DNA of 64,000 bases from Haliotis rubra (Eukaryota), in the NCBI RefSeq assembly GCF_003918875.1, contig NW_025766225.1, forward strand, positions 3,720,001 to 3,784,000. Reading direction: 5' to 3'. Position 1 is the stretch's first letter; the number at the start of each line of letters is the position of its first letter. Positions 1-12,470 of the stretch are shown piece after piece. The position numbers and the translations under genes were made by a program. Below the pieces are notes generated by a model, which saw nothing but the letters and a program-made list of their open reading frames with translations, was not told the origin of the DNA and did no database searches.

Positions 1-1477
1 GCAGGAAAGGGAAGATAATATTGTTCATATTCAGGGTTCATTAATCTCTGATTCTGATGCTAATCACCGGACACAGGTTACACTATCCTTACAAAATGGC
101 CTCCATTTCCAAGCAGATTCAAACAACAGACTTCACAACCTGTCTTGACATTTGTTATCTCCTGTTCTCTTGTGCCATCTAGCTGGTAATCAAGATATGT
201 TGACCCTGTATACTTAATGTCATCATGATATACTTGACACTGGAGCGTATCTTTCAGCTGTTCTTTGTAACGTAATCACTCAATCCTGTATTAAGATCTG
301 AGTAACTTGACTGACACTGTCACAACAAACAGGGGAGTTGTTAGGAAATAACCCGAAGCACATATTTTTCTTGCCACATTTGCACAGGAGAACATGGACC
401 CTACTGAGGTATCACTTGGGCAGTCTCATCAACATTAAATACAAAGTTACCAGAAACCAAAGTGATGACAATAACTGTCCAGGTTGCTATGGAACATGAT
501 ACCAAGTTGCACTTCTGGAAGAAAGCAGCAACTGTCACACTGGCGGTTGCATATCCACAATACATGCATGTAGTACAGCAATAAAGATGAACAATCAACT
601 CTAGGTGTCACATAATTAGATATGCAAACAAAACCAGCCGTACATGAATTTGTTTATGTGAGGAATGAACCTCCTATATATAAAACATAGTTCAATTTAC
701 TTGTTTGCTATCAAATGCCAGTGAAACATATTTGGATAAAAAGCAGTCTACAAACAATACAATCTGGAACAGACATACCAGTTAATTCATGTGTGAGTAC
801 CTTTCTGCTGAGGATCTATGTGCAATCAAGTCCATGATCCTGTAAGTTCTCTCTGACCACAAGCAGTTTACTGGGGACATGAGTAAGATAGCGATACATT
901 TTGGAGCCATACCATGAGCATATCTGGGGGGAACATGGCCAGACAATCCAGTGACTATTGCAATGAGCATTGATCCACACAAACACGCAGTAAGAAAAGT
1001 ATTTGTTAGGAAGGGTCTGATTTTTGTGTGAGGAAAGCCCAACTGACGTAGTGGACATCTACCCCTTGCACTAGCAGGCAGAACATGCCAGCCGTGACAG
1101 TCTGAATTACCATTCATAGAGCAATGTCACCTATACATCGGAGAGAACAGGAATGCAGATATAATTTGTTTCCAAAATATTTGCTCCAGGTCAGTTTATG
1201 TTATGAATTTCTAGCATCAACTAAGTCAATGTTGCAGAAGAATGGGTTGAGGAGGGACATTGTGGAAAATAAACATGTGTTGACATGAACAGGTCACTAG
1301 TCGATGCAACACTAACTGGTGACAAATCAAACAAAATAATATGCAGAAATTCCTGAGCTTCAAACCCACAGTACATGGAATATATTCACAAACATGGACA
1401 ATGGGTAGAACATAGCATGTACAAAGGTTACTTATTAAAGCTGTGTATTCACTACCTGATTACCATGCGACGCAAGG

Positions 1478-1680
1478 GAGGGAAGTAATTCTACCACAAG
1501 TGACAAGGGTATTAACTCTTACACAAGTGAGAAAAGAATTAACTCTTGCCACTAGTGGGAAGGGAATTAACTCTTGCCACTAGTGGGGAGGGAATTAACT
1601 CTCAACAATAGTGAAAAGGGATTTAACTCTTGCCACACAATGGTGACAAGGCAGTTAATTCTTGCCACGCGATATTGACA
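1478..1680. repeat. Minisatellite, about 28-bp unit, about 7 copies
   Basis: Repeated GGGAATTAACTCTTGCCACTAGTG variants. Confidence 0.8.
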
Positions 1681-4143
1681 CAGGAATGATGCCTGACAAT
1701 AGTGAAAGCATGATTTGAAACACATACCGTACCACACTACACATACTAATGACCACTTTTAAAAATTCAATGAAAAACAATTGTGACCTACTACCATCTG
1801 GTTATTTTGGTGTTGACATATTTGCCATGGTCTCATTCCAGAAGTGAGGTAACAGCACATTTTGTTACAAGGCTCACAGAATAAAGATGTAGGTCTATCA
1901 AAACATATTGCAATCTAATCAATATATCGGACTTAAACTGAATTAAAAAAGACAGGCCTCAAATCCACATGCAATTTTAGAGCGACAAGTGTTTAAGTCC
2001 GGACATTGTCTTTGCACTAAAATAGCTTTGTGACATGGGGCACGTGTGTTAAAGTTCAAGGTCAATCTAACAAGCATGCCTGCAGTGTGTAACATAACCA
2101 GTGAAATCAACATATGCATCAAAACGTTTAAATCAACAAACAGTAGTCTTGAAAGGATGTGGGATTTCTGTCAGTGAAGATAATGAACAATGCATTCCTC
2201 ATTACCAAGGATATATAAACAATGCATCACATACAAAAGTATATCTGACAAATGTACATATCTTTACAAATCATATTTGGTGTGAGGACAGTTGGAAGGT
2301 CAATATGGGGAGACTTGATTAAAGACATGGAATTTAATCTGTGTTAATCACTTTAATATTATCTGTTTTAGATCTCAACCTGCAAAACAATTATCCATGT
2401 AGTTAAAGAACTTGTTATAATTTCAACATAGAGTATCTACATGAGGGAAGAACATATCAAAACTTAAATACAACCACAATGTAAATGTGTCTCACTTGAT
2501 GTAAATATCCTGTTCTCTTTTGGTTCAGTATGTGTCAATACAGTTAAGCCTTTTAGAAATTGACATTAACATTAGAGACAGTCTTAATTCAAACTGAAAC
2601 GGTATTTCTACCATGCTTATTATTTCTGAAGCTTACACTCAAATGTTGGAATATTTGTTTTAGACATCAACCCTCTAGAGTCAGTCATTGCTGAAATGCA
2701 GACATTTGGTGCTGCATCAGTGCAGACAGGTGCTTGATATTTCATCTACAGCTAAACCAATACACACTGTGTCGTCTAACAAGACTTTCTAACATGGTTA
2801 ACCCAATTACTAGGTAATACATTACTGTCACATAAATCGTAAAATTATGACACTAAAATAACTTGCATAGTCTCTCACTGGGTGAACCAACCTTGCCATT
2901 CTGCCTACACATTCAAAAGCTGTTGCTGTTGGTTCTGCTGGTACTGTTGATGATGGTGTCCTGGGACAGTTGTCCTGTTCTGCCAGTTCCTGCCATCGTC
3001 TTGAAATGTCCTGATCGGTTGATGCAATTACACTGTAATGTCTTACTGACCGACAAAACAAGGGTTCTAAAACATTGCAGACTTAGACTGATGTAATCAG
3101 ACAATGTGGGAACAATGCTTTACAAACAACTGCAATGTCATAATCAGATCAGGACAAAGGAATTGATCATGTGACTTGATATTAGAAGTAATTTGATTGT
3201 GATGTCGACACAAACAACCTAATGGAAAAAGAAATTCATTATAATAGGTCATGAGGAAATATTTGAAAACAATGTGAAGAGGAGGTGATTTTATGGTCAT
3301 TAAAAAAACAACTTACATAATTGTCACTATCATTCGGTACATTCAGACTCAGGTCACAATACATTAGGTGAGACATGAGAGTTGTCGGACAACCGTGTCA
3401 TCATCAACACCATCGTCATAACTTACTGTCCATCAATGCATATGTTTCTTCTAGATGTTAAACAGTGAAATGTCATGAGCAGCACTGCTGCTGCCAAGCC
3501 TAGAAACGAATCAGGGTGGACTGGGATTTTAACCCACAGTGATTTCTGGTACGTCTAAGGGACGCAAATCACTTGTGACCTCCGTAATACTTGAAAACCT
3601 ATCATTTTTGAGGGAATAATTAAGACAGAAAAAATTCCAATTCATTCTAAGCATCATGCAGACTATGCAATGATGCTGAAACGAAATAATTATCACATTG
3701 TTTTAGGTTAATATTACATAAAACATAGCATAGCATGAAGTAAAAAACATCAACAAACATCATTGTGACATCACAATGACCATGTAAATATCAAAATATA
3801 CTTATTTTCTTAAACCATCTCAACTATCTCCAAAACCGTACACGGAATACAGCACAACTGTCTGCTGAAGACAGTATCCACCAACATCAAACCAATCGGA
3901 AACAAAACCTATTGCAAGCTGTGCTGACCTGTGTGCAATACGGAACTTATATTGTTCAGACAAACATCACAGCAAGCACAACATCATCACATGACGTGTC
4001 ACATGGTTATGGATACTGCTGTTGCTGTCAAATATAGCGGACATAACGGCCCACCCTCAACAGGGCATCATGGACCGATGGTGGAGATGAAACGCAAATG
4101 GCGATTGGTTGATTTGGTGATGACATCACAAGGCGAGAGTAGG

Positions 4144-4211
4144 TTAGCAAGAGCAACCGCCTTCTGCTTCTGCATGGTCTATTGGGGGCTTGAGAGGCTC
4201 CAGTTCAATAT
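4144..4211 (-). CDS. Rab6: Rab6 alternative terminal coding exon B (xIELEPLKPPIDHAEAEGGCSC*)
   Basis: Phase-1 exon, 68 nt to TAA, ending EGGCSC like the vertebrate Rab6A C-terminus; acceptor TTCCTTGACttgtacaAG. Confidence 0.85.
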
Positions 4212-4220
4212 CTTGTACAA

Positions 4221-4229
4221 GTCAAGGAA
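4221..4229 (-). promoter_or_regulatory. U12-type branch site (TTCCTTGAC) upstream of Rab6 terminal exon B
   Basis: Matches TTCCTTRAC, ending 9 nt before the exon start; no polypyrimidine tract between branch site and AG. Confidence 0.75.
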
Positions 4230-7200
4230 TTAAAGAAGGCAGATATGATTCATTTACCCCACAAAGATAAGGCTATCGCTGAAAACAATGTCAATGCATG
4301 CCAGTCCTGGAAATTCTACTGGCCTGTAAATAAGCCAAACAGACATTATTTTGGATCTATGCTCAAATGGTTTGTGTCTCACCTCGTACCATCTTAATTT
4401 CTGACCAACATGGCTATACTGAATAGTTTACCTACTATTTCAATAATATTACAAGTAGAAATTACCTTTCATTCTGAGACTCACTCAGTCATTTTAACCA
4501 GTCACATGAACTATGAAGGTGTCTATATTGTTTGTTCATGCAGGAGTGACTTGTACTATGTTCACAAGTTGAATTTGATCTAAATTCATCAGCATGAGTT
4601 GACTTATTGTTGACCTTACCAGTAATGACATCAAATCTGACCAGAAATCCCAAAACCAAATTAAAACTAATATAACTGGTTGTAACCGACTCATCTGGCT
4701 GGATACGGCATGGTCTTTCATGTGGACAACACTGACTAAAATCTGTTGAGTTAACATCCGACGCCAAACAACAGCATTGTGAAACGATAGACTCATCATT
4801 GCCAAATTTATCTTTCTACCATATTTCTCTTGTTTAAGTCACTATCTGGTTGTCAAACATGATCACAATCAACTTAAAACCAGTACTTAGCCAACAGCAC
4901 ACATCATGTGTCCTTTGATGCATTTTGATCTATGTAATTTGATTTCTAACCCAACAAGCTTGGGGCTTACCATAAAACCAGATTTGACAAAATCAATTGA
5001 TATCTGTTAAAGTAAGGCAGGATGATGGACAACATGCCATGTGACCTGTTGAGCTAATGAACACATTAATGATAGCTCACTGATGAGATCAGACCTAGGT
5101 CAGTTCCTAAAACTCTGTGCTTGGTTCACCTGTTTTATGACACCCATACTAGGACCTTCATATGGAATTCTCACACAGTCTGGAAGTGATGCATGCTACA
5201 GGCAGAACAAGACTTGCTACCCTTTCTACAAACACCTTGTATCGTCATTCATAATAAGATAAACTCACACAAATCTGTATTTTTACAACCTCCAGAATAA
5301 AAAATGACAGATATTTGAGAGTGATGATTAACGGCTTTTGAAGTTTAGCATTTGCTTAATTCAGCCAGCAGGAAGGATTTCCTACTTCAATGACCAGTGC
5401 TAAACCTCACTTAAAAAATATTAACATGGATACAGAGTGAGATCCTCCACAGAAATGACAACAAAAACACTGGTCAGTTTTCCATTTTATTTGATATAAA
5501 AGCATGGCAACATACAACGCTACATGCCATTGGACTGCATGCCAGTGCAATATTACCATCATACCACAGTTACACCCCCACATTAATAAGTGTCTGTCGC
5601 ACAATCTTCCTCCTTTCAAATATTGAGCCAACAGGTTGATACAGATCATACGGAACATATTTCAGATAATCTCAACATGTTGCATCCCTAGCAACTGGGA
5701 TGATATAACAGTTATAACCAAGGGTTGATAGAAGACTTAATATAGAAAAAATAAAACTTGACATAAAGGACTTCTTTCACATTTCCAGATCACATCTTAA
5801 ATTAACACCTTTTCCCCCTTGATATAATAATTCACTGCTTTCTGATGCTGCATATTTGTTTGAACATATTTGTTTGAATCAAATCAATTTATAATTTGCA
5901 CTGGATAACCAACAGAAAAATGTGTTACTTTAAAAAATAATAAAATCTATCGTCCATTAGCCGAGTAAGAAAAGTTTTTGAATGATTTTTCTGAAACCTT
6001 CAATCAAATTCCCTTGAAACAAGCATCTTCATGCAATTTGCTTAGAGGTTGTCAGTGCTGCAGACCCTTGCTTAAGTCCGACTTACTTCCATCCTGGGTA
6101 TATAAACATCAGTAACACCCTACATGCAGAAGAGTTAGTGAAATGATTCAAGACACCAGAACTGTTGTAATGCATGGTTTCATGTCAGCACTATATCTGT
6201 ATGTATGTGGACTGTAAACAAAGTGGGCAGTGCAGTTTACACTTAGAAACACCCGGGAAAATCTGCCTGAAAGTCACTGAATAAAATCTTCTGGCAGTAG
6301 AGAAAACTGACACTTATAATGAATAAGTTAAACCTCATAGCACTAACCACCCATATTGTCTTAGCACAGGCCTCTGTGATAGTGATGAACAGCTATGCGT
6401 GCACACCCTATTGGCTCTCACCAGCTGTGACACAGGAATCGGTCAGTGACTTACAACTACGTGTGCACAACCATTAAGAAGCTAGATAGTCGTACCAAAT
6501 GAGGAACAATAACCTAAGAATGATGAGGCACATTCCAAGACGTCTAGTCTGTTATTGTTTTGCTTTCTGGTATTTACAAACTGTACTCATATTGATGGTA
6601 TATTGCAGAGTGTGACATGAACAACAAACAAAACAATGTTAGGAATACAAAATAAGCAAAGACAACCTAGGAATCATCAAGCATATCCCAAATCGGTCAG
6701 ACCCTCGTGTACACAATTTATGCCATGAAATGATTTTAAGTTATTTTGCATGTAAAGATGTGACACACTGTACTGAGACTATACATTTCCCATGTGATAA
6801 TTAAGATATATATTACTCTGGAATAATTCACAAATTACTACAGCATTATTACCACAAAGCTAGAAATTTACCTCAAATGGTAGAAGTCCAAGAAACTAAA
6901 AAGAAGCACAGGTCCTTTACACATATCCATAAACCAAACAGAAGTTGTATTTAGAAGTCATTTGTCTTCTTTTTTAGCCAAGCAAGCAATCAATTTAAAC
7001 ATGCACTAACTACAAGAGCATTTGCTGTTGTAAGCCGTTTGTTGTCTTCTGTAGTTGATGGAGCCATAAATTTAAAAATGTGTTAATAAGTCATGTTTTC
7101 TTTGGCTGGACATGCTATTAATTTTGAACATGTACTAAGTATTCCTTCGCATATAACAGACTTTATAAGTCATTTGCTGTCTTCTTTTGCTGAGCATAAA

Positions 7201-7700
7201 AATAATTTGAGCATGAGCAAGTATTTCTTCGTGAACATTTGTTTCAGTTTCCAATCTAATTCATTTCAATTGACAACGTTCCTATTGGTGCAGTCCAAGG
7301 TAGGTAAAAATGACTCATATAAGTTTTTAAAGATAGAGCCTGAATTTAAATTAAAAGTAAGAACACAAATGAAAACAAAACAAACTAGTTTATACGATGT
7401 GAGTTTGGCCAATATTTTGTGATATAACAAATCATTGACTTTGTTCGCTCTGCTTTCATTGGGGATAAGAATGCTAATATGCACTGAAAGTAAATCTAAA
7501 GACATTTTAGTTGCCATACGGATCAGTGTTGATCACATTTTTCAGTATTAATTGAAAAAGTATCAAGGTGGGAGAATGTCAAACGACATACCGGTAATAT
7601 GTGATGCAAAATGTGGAAATGTAATAAACAAAAAGGAGCCTTCAACCACCCATCCTCAAATTACTCAGTTACAGCATCTCATCCCAAGTATTATAAGGGG

Positions 7701-7826
7701 AATGCTATTTTTGAGGGCATTATCATTTGCAGAAGCCCTAGGTCTTCCATTAACTGCCCGACGAAGGAGCGCAGTTGAAAAAGATCGAGGGCTTCTGCAA
7801 ATGATAATGCCCTTAAAAATAGCATT
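7701..7826. repeat. Long inverted repeat (39-bp arms, one mismatch)
   Basis: 7701-7739 pairs with 7788-7826; the spacer pairs further. Confidence 0.9.
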
Positions 7827-8956
7827 ACCGTTATTATTGCTAAAATACATGGAATTTGTGTTGAAAAGAAAAAGGAAACAATGAAGGAATTTGACTGTAA
7901 GTTTACCCAAATCAACTTCTGATGGGGTTGACTGCCCGAATGCAATTACGTCAATTCAATTGACGTCACAACAGAAAGTGACGATATTCGACCTTGGCCT
8001 TTGACAAGACCATAGCCTGCAACATGTCAAACTACGTCAGTGTTCGGTTTTGGTCCATCAACAGCCTTAACAGTGCAATTGTTAAGGTTAGCACCAACAA
8101 GAAAGCCAATACTACTGCTATTTAAAGCGGGGAATTCTGGTTGCTTTGACTTGTTTGACCCAGAATATCTGCCAGTCGAAAGCCAATTAATGTCGAATGA
8201 ACCGTTAGCCCACGCACCCACTATGACGTCACTTGACAACAGAACTGATAGTAGCCCGTCGTTAAGGTTGAGCGGTCCAATACCATTTGCAGCGGCCCGC
8301 AAATTTCTGATAATGGGAGGGCCGTTTCATGATAATTCCATGTATTTTAGCTATAATGCTTTATAATTTGTTGTTCCAAGTAACAGATGTCTGCATATTA
8401 TCATCCAAACCTGTAACTTCTGACACACCCTCTTATGAATCACATATATAGCCAACAAACAATAAACACCAGTTGATATAGTTGAGTAAGAGTTATCTGC
8501 CCTTCCTATCCTACGTAGCCCCTTGAACCTTTCTGTAACCTGAGATCTTCCAAATTTGATTGATATGTGCAAACACTTGACAAACCATTCTGCACGTATA
8601 TGTGAATAAGAATTTTATCAAAGAATCCCTTGAATTTTTTAAGGTCTGGTGAAAGCCTTCACTGTTTTCAGTTTTCGTGAAAGCCACACAGTGCTGACAA
8701 AGGAATCGTCGCAGCCACTGTATATTCTGTAACATGCTGACTTTATTGACGTGGTCAGACTCAGCTTTTAGTAACAGTCTAGCAATAACATTGCAAGGTA
8801 CACTGGAAATTGGCGCCAAAATCTGTACCTCATTGGATTCAAAGCGCTTGGCTTTCCACACACCCAAAATAATGTTAACCGTTAACCTCAATGAAAATTA
8901 TTCATGTGACCAAAACATACCACTGGGTGAATTACCATTATCTGGTGTGCTGACAC

Positions 8957-11455
8957 CACTGCCAAACATTTTAGTATCCTTATTGCAATTACAAAATATA
9001 CTGCTTTCCTTCATAACTGTTCCTTGATTTTCACCCCAAATACATCAAAAGCTCCATATTATTATAAAAACCTTTAAGTGTTCCACTAATATTAATTTCT
9101 GTGAGCTTACTTAGGACAAAATTACAAATACTCAATGACTGATTGGCCCCAAATACTAAAATACAAATCATCTTGTCACTTGTTTCCCGACAAATCCTTC
9201 ACTAAGTAGTACATAATCATGTATGTTGAACGACAGATTTGTTTGTGGTTATAGGACATCCAGTCTGACTTGCTATATACAGTGATAACATAACCCATAT
9301 CTACACCCTTACACAAATAATAAGAGGAAAATAAATTAATACATATGAATGAATGCATCACTACCAATACAAACTACATGCAGAGTTAAAGCTTCTCCTG
9401 TATCATAAGAGCCACTGTAAATGACTGGAAAAGCAAGACTTTTGCATGTGCCCCCAAACAACATTACACATTCAATGTGTTCCCTCGTCTTGTTCCACTT
9501 GGTCCCCTCAGGTTGGAGGTATTATCAGTCCTCTATACAAATGAGGCAAGTATAAACCAGGGCACCATTTCACAAAGTGACTGCAACACTTTGACTGTTT
9601 TAAGTCTGTGTCTAGGCATAGGACCATGGTCACTGTGTAACTTTGCTGGTTATCATAAAACTACGACTGTTGTAGAGCAATTGAAAGCTTTGTGGCTCTG
9701 AGCCATGGATGACTCAAGGCTTCTAGTCTGTGTACAAGTATCACAGTGATTCTTGATTGGGTTTTTTATCTTGAAGACATCTTATACTATGAAGAACCAT
9801 TCATCAAAAATGTCATGGCTGTTATCATGGCCAGCCTTGAAAAATGGAATCAAACCCAGTCATGTTAGCTGGAAGAGTGACAAAGTACCAACCGAGCTAC
9901 TTCTCTGCCTCTATAAGCAAACAAAGTGAACTGTCTACTAACAGACCGAAGAACATCTGTTTTGCTAGTTATCAGGGACCCTCTAACACCCACTTTGATT
10001 ATTTATCTACTCACGATCCAATGACGTAACAAAATTTACCATAAAAGTCATCATCATGTCCATTTCGCCATTCCTCTAAGTTATAATCATAACCCTCAGA
10101 ACAGGCTTTCCATTGAATACACAATGGCCTTCCATTGGCTGAAAATGAACAAGAGGCAAATGCTCAACAAAATCAGGCTTTGCACAAGGCATTAATTGCA
10201 GTAACATCACTGCCAAACATTTTAGTATCCTTATTGCAATTACAAAATATACTGCTTTCCTTCATAACTGTTCCTTGATTTTCACCCCAAATACATCAAA
10301 AGCTCCATATTATTATAAAAACCTTTAAGTGTTCCACTAATATTAATTTCTGTGAGCTTACTTAGGACAAAATTACAAATACTCAATGACTGATTGGCCC
10401 CAAATACTAAAATACAAATCATCTTGTCACTTGTTTCCCGACAAATCCTTCACTAAGTAGTACATAATCATGTATGTTGAACGACAGATTTGTTTGTGGT
10501 TATAGGACATCCAGTCTGACTTGCTATATACAGTGATAACATAACCCATATCTACACCCTTACACAAATAATAAGAGGAAAATAAATTAATACATATGAA
10601 TGAATGCATCACTACCAATACAAACTACATGCAGAGTTAAAGCTTCTCCTGTATCATAAGAGCCACTGTAAATGACTGGAAAAGCAAGACTTTTGCATGT
10701 GCCCCCAAACAACATTACACATTCAATGTGTTCCCTCGTCTTGTTCCACTTGGTCCCCTCAGGTTGGAGGTATTATCAGTCCTCTATACAAATGAGGCAA
10801 GTATAAACCAGGGCACCATTTCACAAAGTGACTGCAACACTTTGACTGTTTTAAGTCTGTGTCTAGGCATAGGACCATGGTCACTGTGTAACTTTGCTGG
10901 TTATCATAAAACTACGACTGTTGTAGAGCAATTGAAAGCTTTGTGGCTCTGAGCCATGGATGACTCAAGGCTTCTAGTCTGTGTACAAGTATCACAGTGA
11001 TTCTTGATTGGGTTTTTTATCTTGAAGACATCTTATACTATGAAGAACCATTCATCAAAAATGTCATGGCTGTTATCATGGCCAGCCTTGAAAAATGGAA
11101 TCAAACCCAGTCATGTTAGCTGGAAGAGTGACAAAGTACCAACCGAGCTACTTCTCTGCCTCTATAAGCAAACAAAGTGAACTGTCTACTAACAGACCGA
11201 AGAACATCTGTTTTGCTAGTTATCAGGGACCCTCTAACACCCACTTTGATTATTTATCTACTCACGATCCAATGACGTAACAAAATTTACCATAAAAGTC
11301 ATCATCATGTCCATTTCGCCATTCCTCTAAGTTATAATCATAACCCTCAGAACAGGCTTTCCATTGAATACACAATGGCCTTCCATTGGCTGAAAATGAA
11401 CAAGAGGCAAATGCTCAACAAATCAGGCGCTTTGCACAAGGCATTAATTGCAGTA
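8957..11455. repeat. Near-identical tandem duplication, period 1251 bp
   Basis: 8957-10203 matches 10208-11455; identical ORF pairs are offset by 1251; differences seen only near the unit end. Confidence 0.95.
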
Positions 11456-12386
11456 GGATCTGGAAAGGACTTGAGGCTATCCTCATCTGAGAATGTCCAT
11501 GCCTTATCAGTACTCAGCCATGAACCATAGAGAGATCTTAGTGCTAAGATGATGGAAAGTCTATGTTGAGCGTCACAAAGTATGGACATGTTCATTGGTC
11601 TCTTCAAAGCATACAACTGTACAACAGATAGTGGCAAATTTTGATGTTAAAAATACACACATTCAAAACACATCACTGGCAAACCTGTTAGACAGTGAAG
11701 GAGAGCAAGAAATGTGTCATTCAGGTTTAGTTCCAAGAAACAACTGCAAAGTAAGTGAGTGATTGGGCACAAACCCAGGTCTGTGTGCCTGCAAGGTGAA
11801 CACCCTACCCACTTCCTACCTACAGTGTGGTACATGGCTTTAGTATTATCATGTTGAAGTTATCATTAGGAAAGATAAATAATCACTTAAACATTAAATC
11901 TTTCAGTGAAATGAAAATTTGACATGCCTTTTTTAAATTCAATAAAAAGACAAATGATCGTATCTTCAACAAGAAGTTTGGAGAAGTTCAGTTCAAAGAT
12001 ATTGTTTTATGAGGGGCACAAGAGAGTATACAGTTTCAATTTAGACTTGATTTTGTTTAATGATATTATTCCTAAAATATGAGGATTTCATATTTTCTTC
12101 AACATTAAAATACAAATTGTACACTACACTACTAACGAATAATGATGACTCTTGCCATACACTTATAATACTCTACAATCAATATTGTTTAACAGTCTTT
12201 ATGTTTGGAAATGAATGCTGCTATTTCTTGCTTTCCTCCAGTTTGAGCTATGTACAAAAATACAACCAATGATAACAGTTTATACAAAACTGAGTGGCCA
12301 ATGAAATCAGTGATTCTATGTACAAAAATACAACCAATGGTTACAGCTCATACAAATAGAGTAGCCAATGAGAAACAGCGACACAT

Positions 12387-12454
12387 CTAGCATGCACAGC
12401 CTCCTTCTTGTGTCTGAGGCTCGGCCGGCGTCTCCTTCAGTTTCACCTCAGTCA
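12387..12454 (-). CDS. Rab6: Rab6 terminal coding exon A (xTEVKLKETPAEPQTQEGGCAC*)
   Basis: Phase-1 exon, 68 nt to TAG, ending in a Rab6-type GGCxC prenylation motif; acceptor CCTTAACcctccccAG. Confidence 0.92.
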
Positions 12455-12463
12455 CTGGGGAGG

Positions 12464-12470
12464 GTTAAGG
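12464..12470 (-). promoter_or_regulatory. U12-type branch site (CCTTAAC) upstream of Rab6 terminal exon A
   Basis: Matches the U12 branch consensus TCCTTAAC core, ending 9 nt before the exon start. Confidence 0.8.

Noticed and set aside
2890-3500. Exon-like segments on the minus strand (Q/H-rich frame near 2890-3020; 3427-3499 with AG/GTAAGT)
   Set aside because: No consistent frame or homology; compatible with the 3'UTR or downstream sequence of exon B.
8027-8891. Cluster of 70-126 aa ORFs and two minus-strand CCTTAAC motifs (about 8081 and 8261)
   Set aside because: No recognisable domain and no CxC-ending exon follows; probably TE-derived or non-coding.
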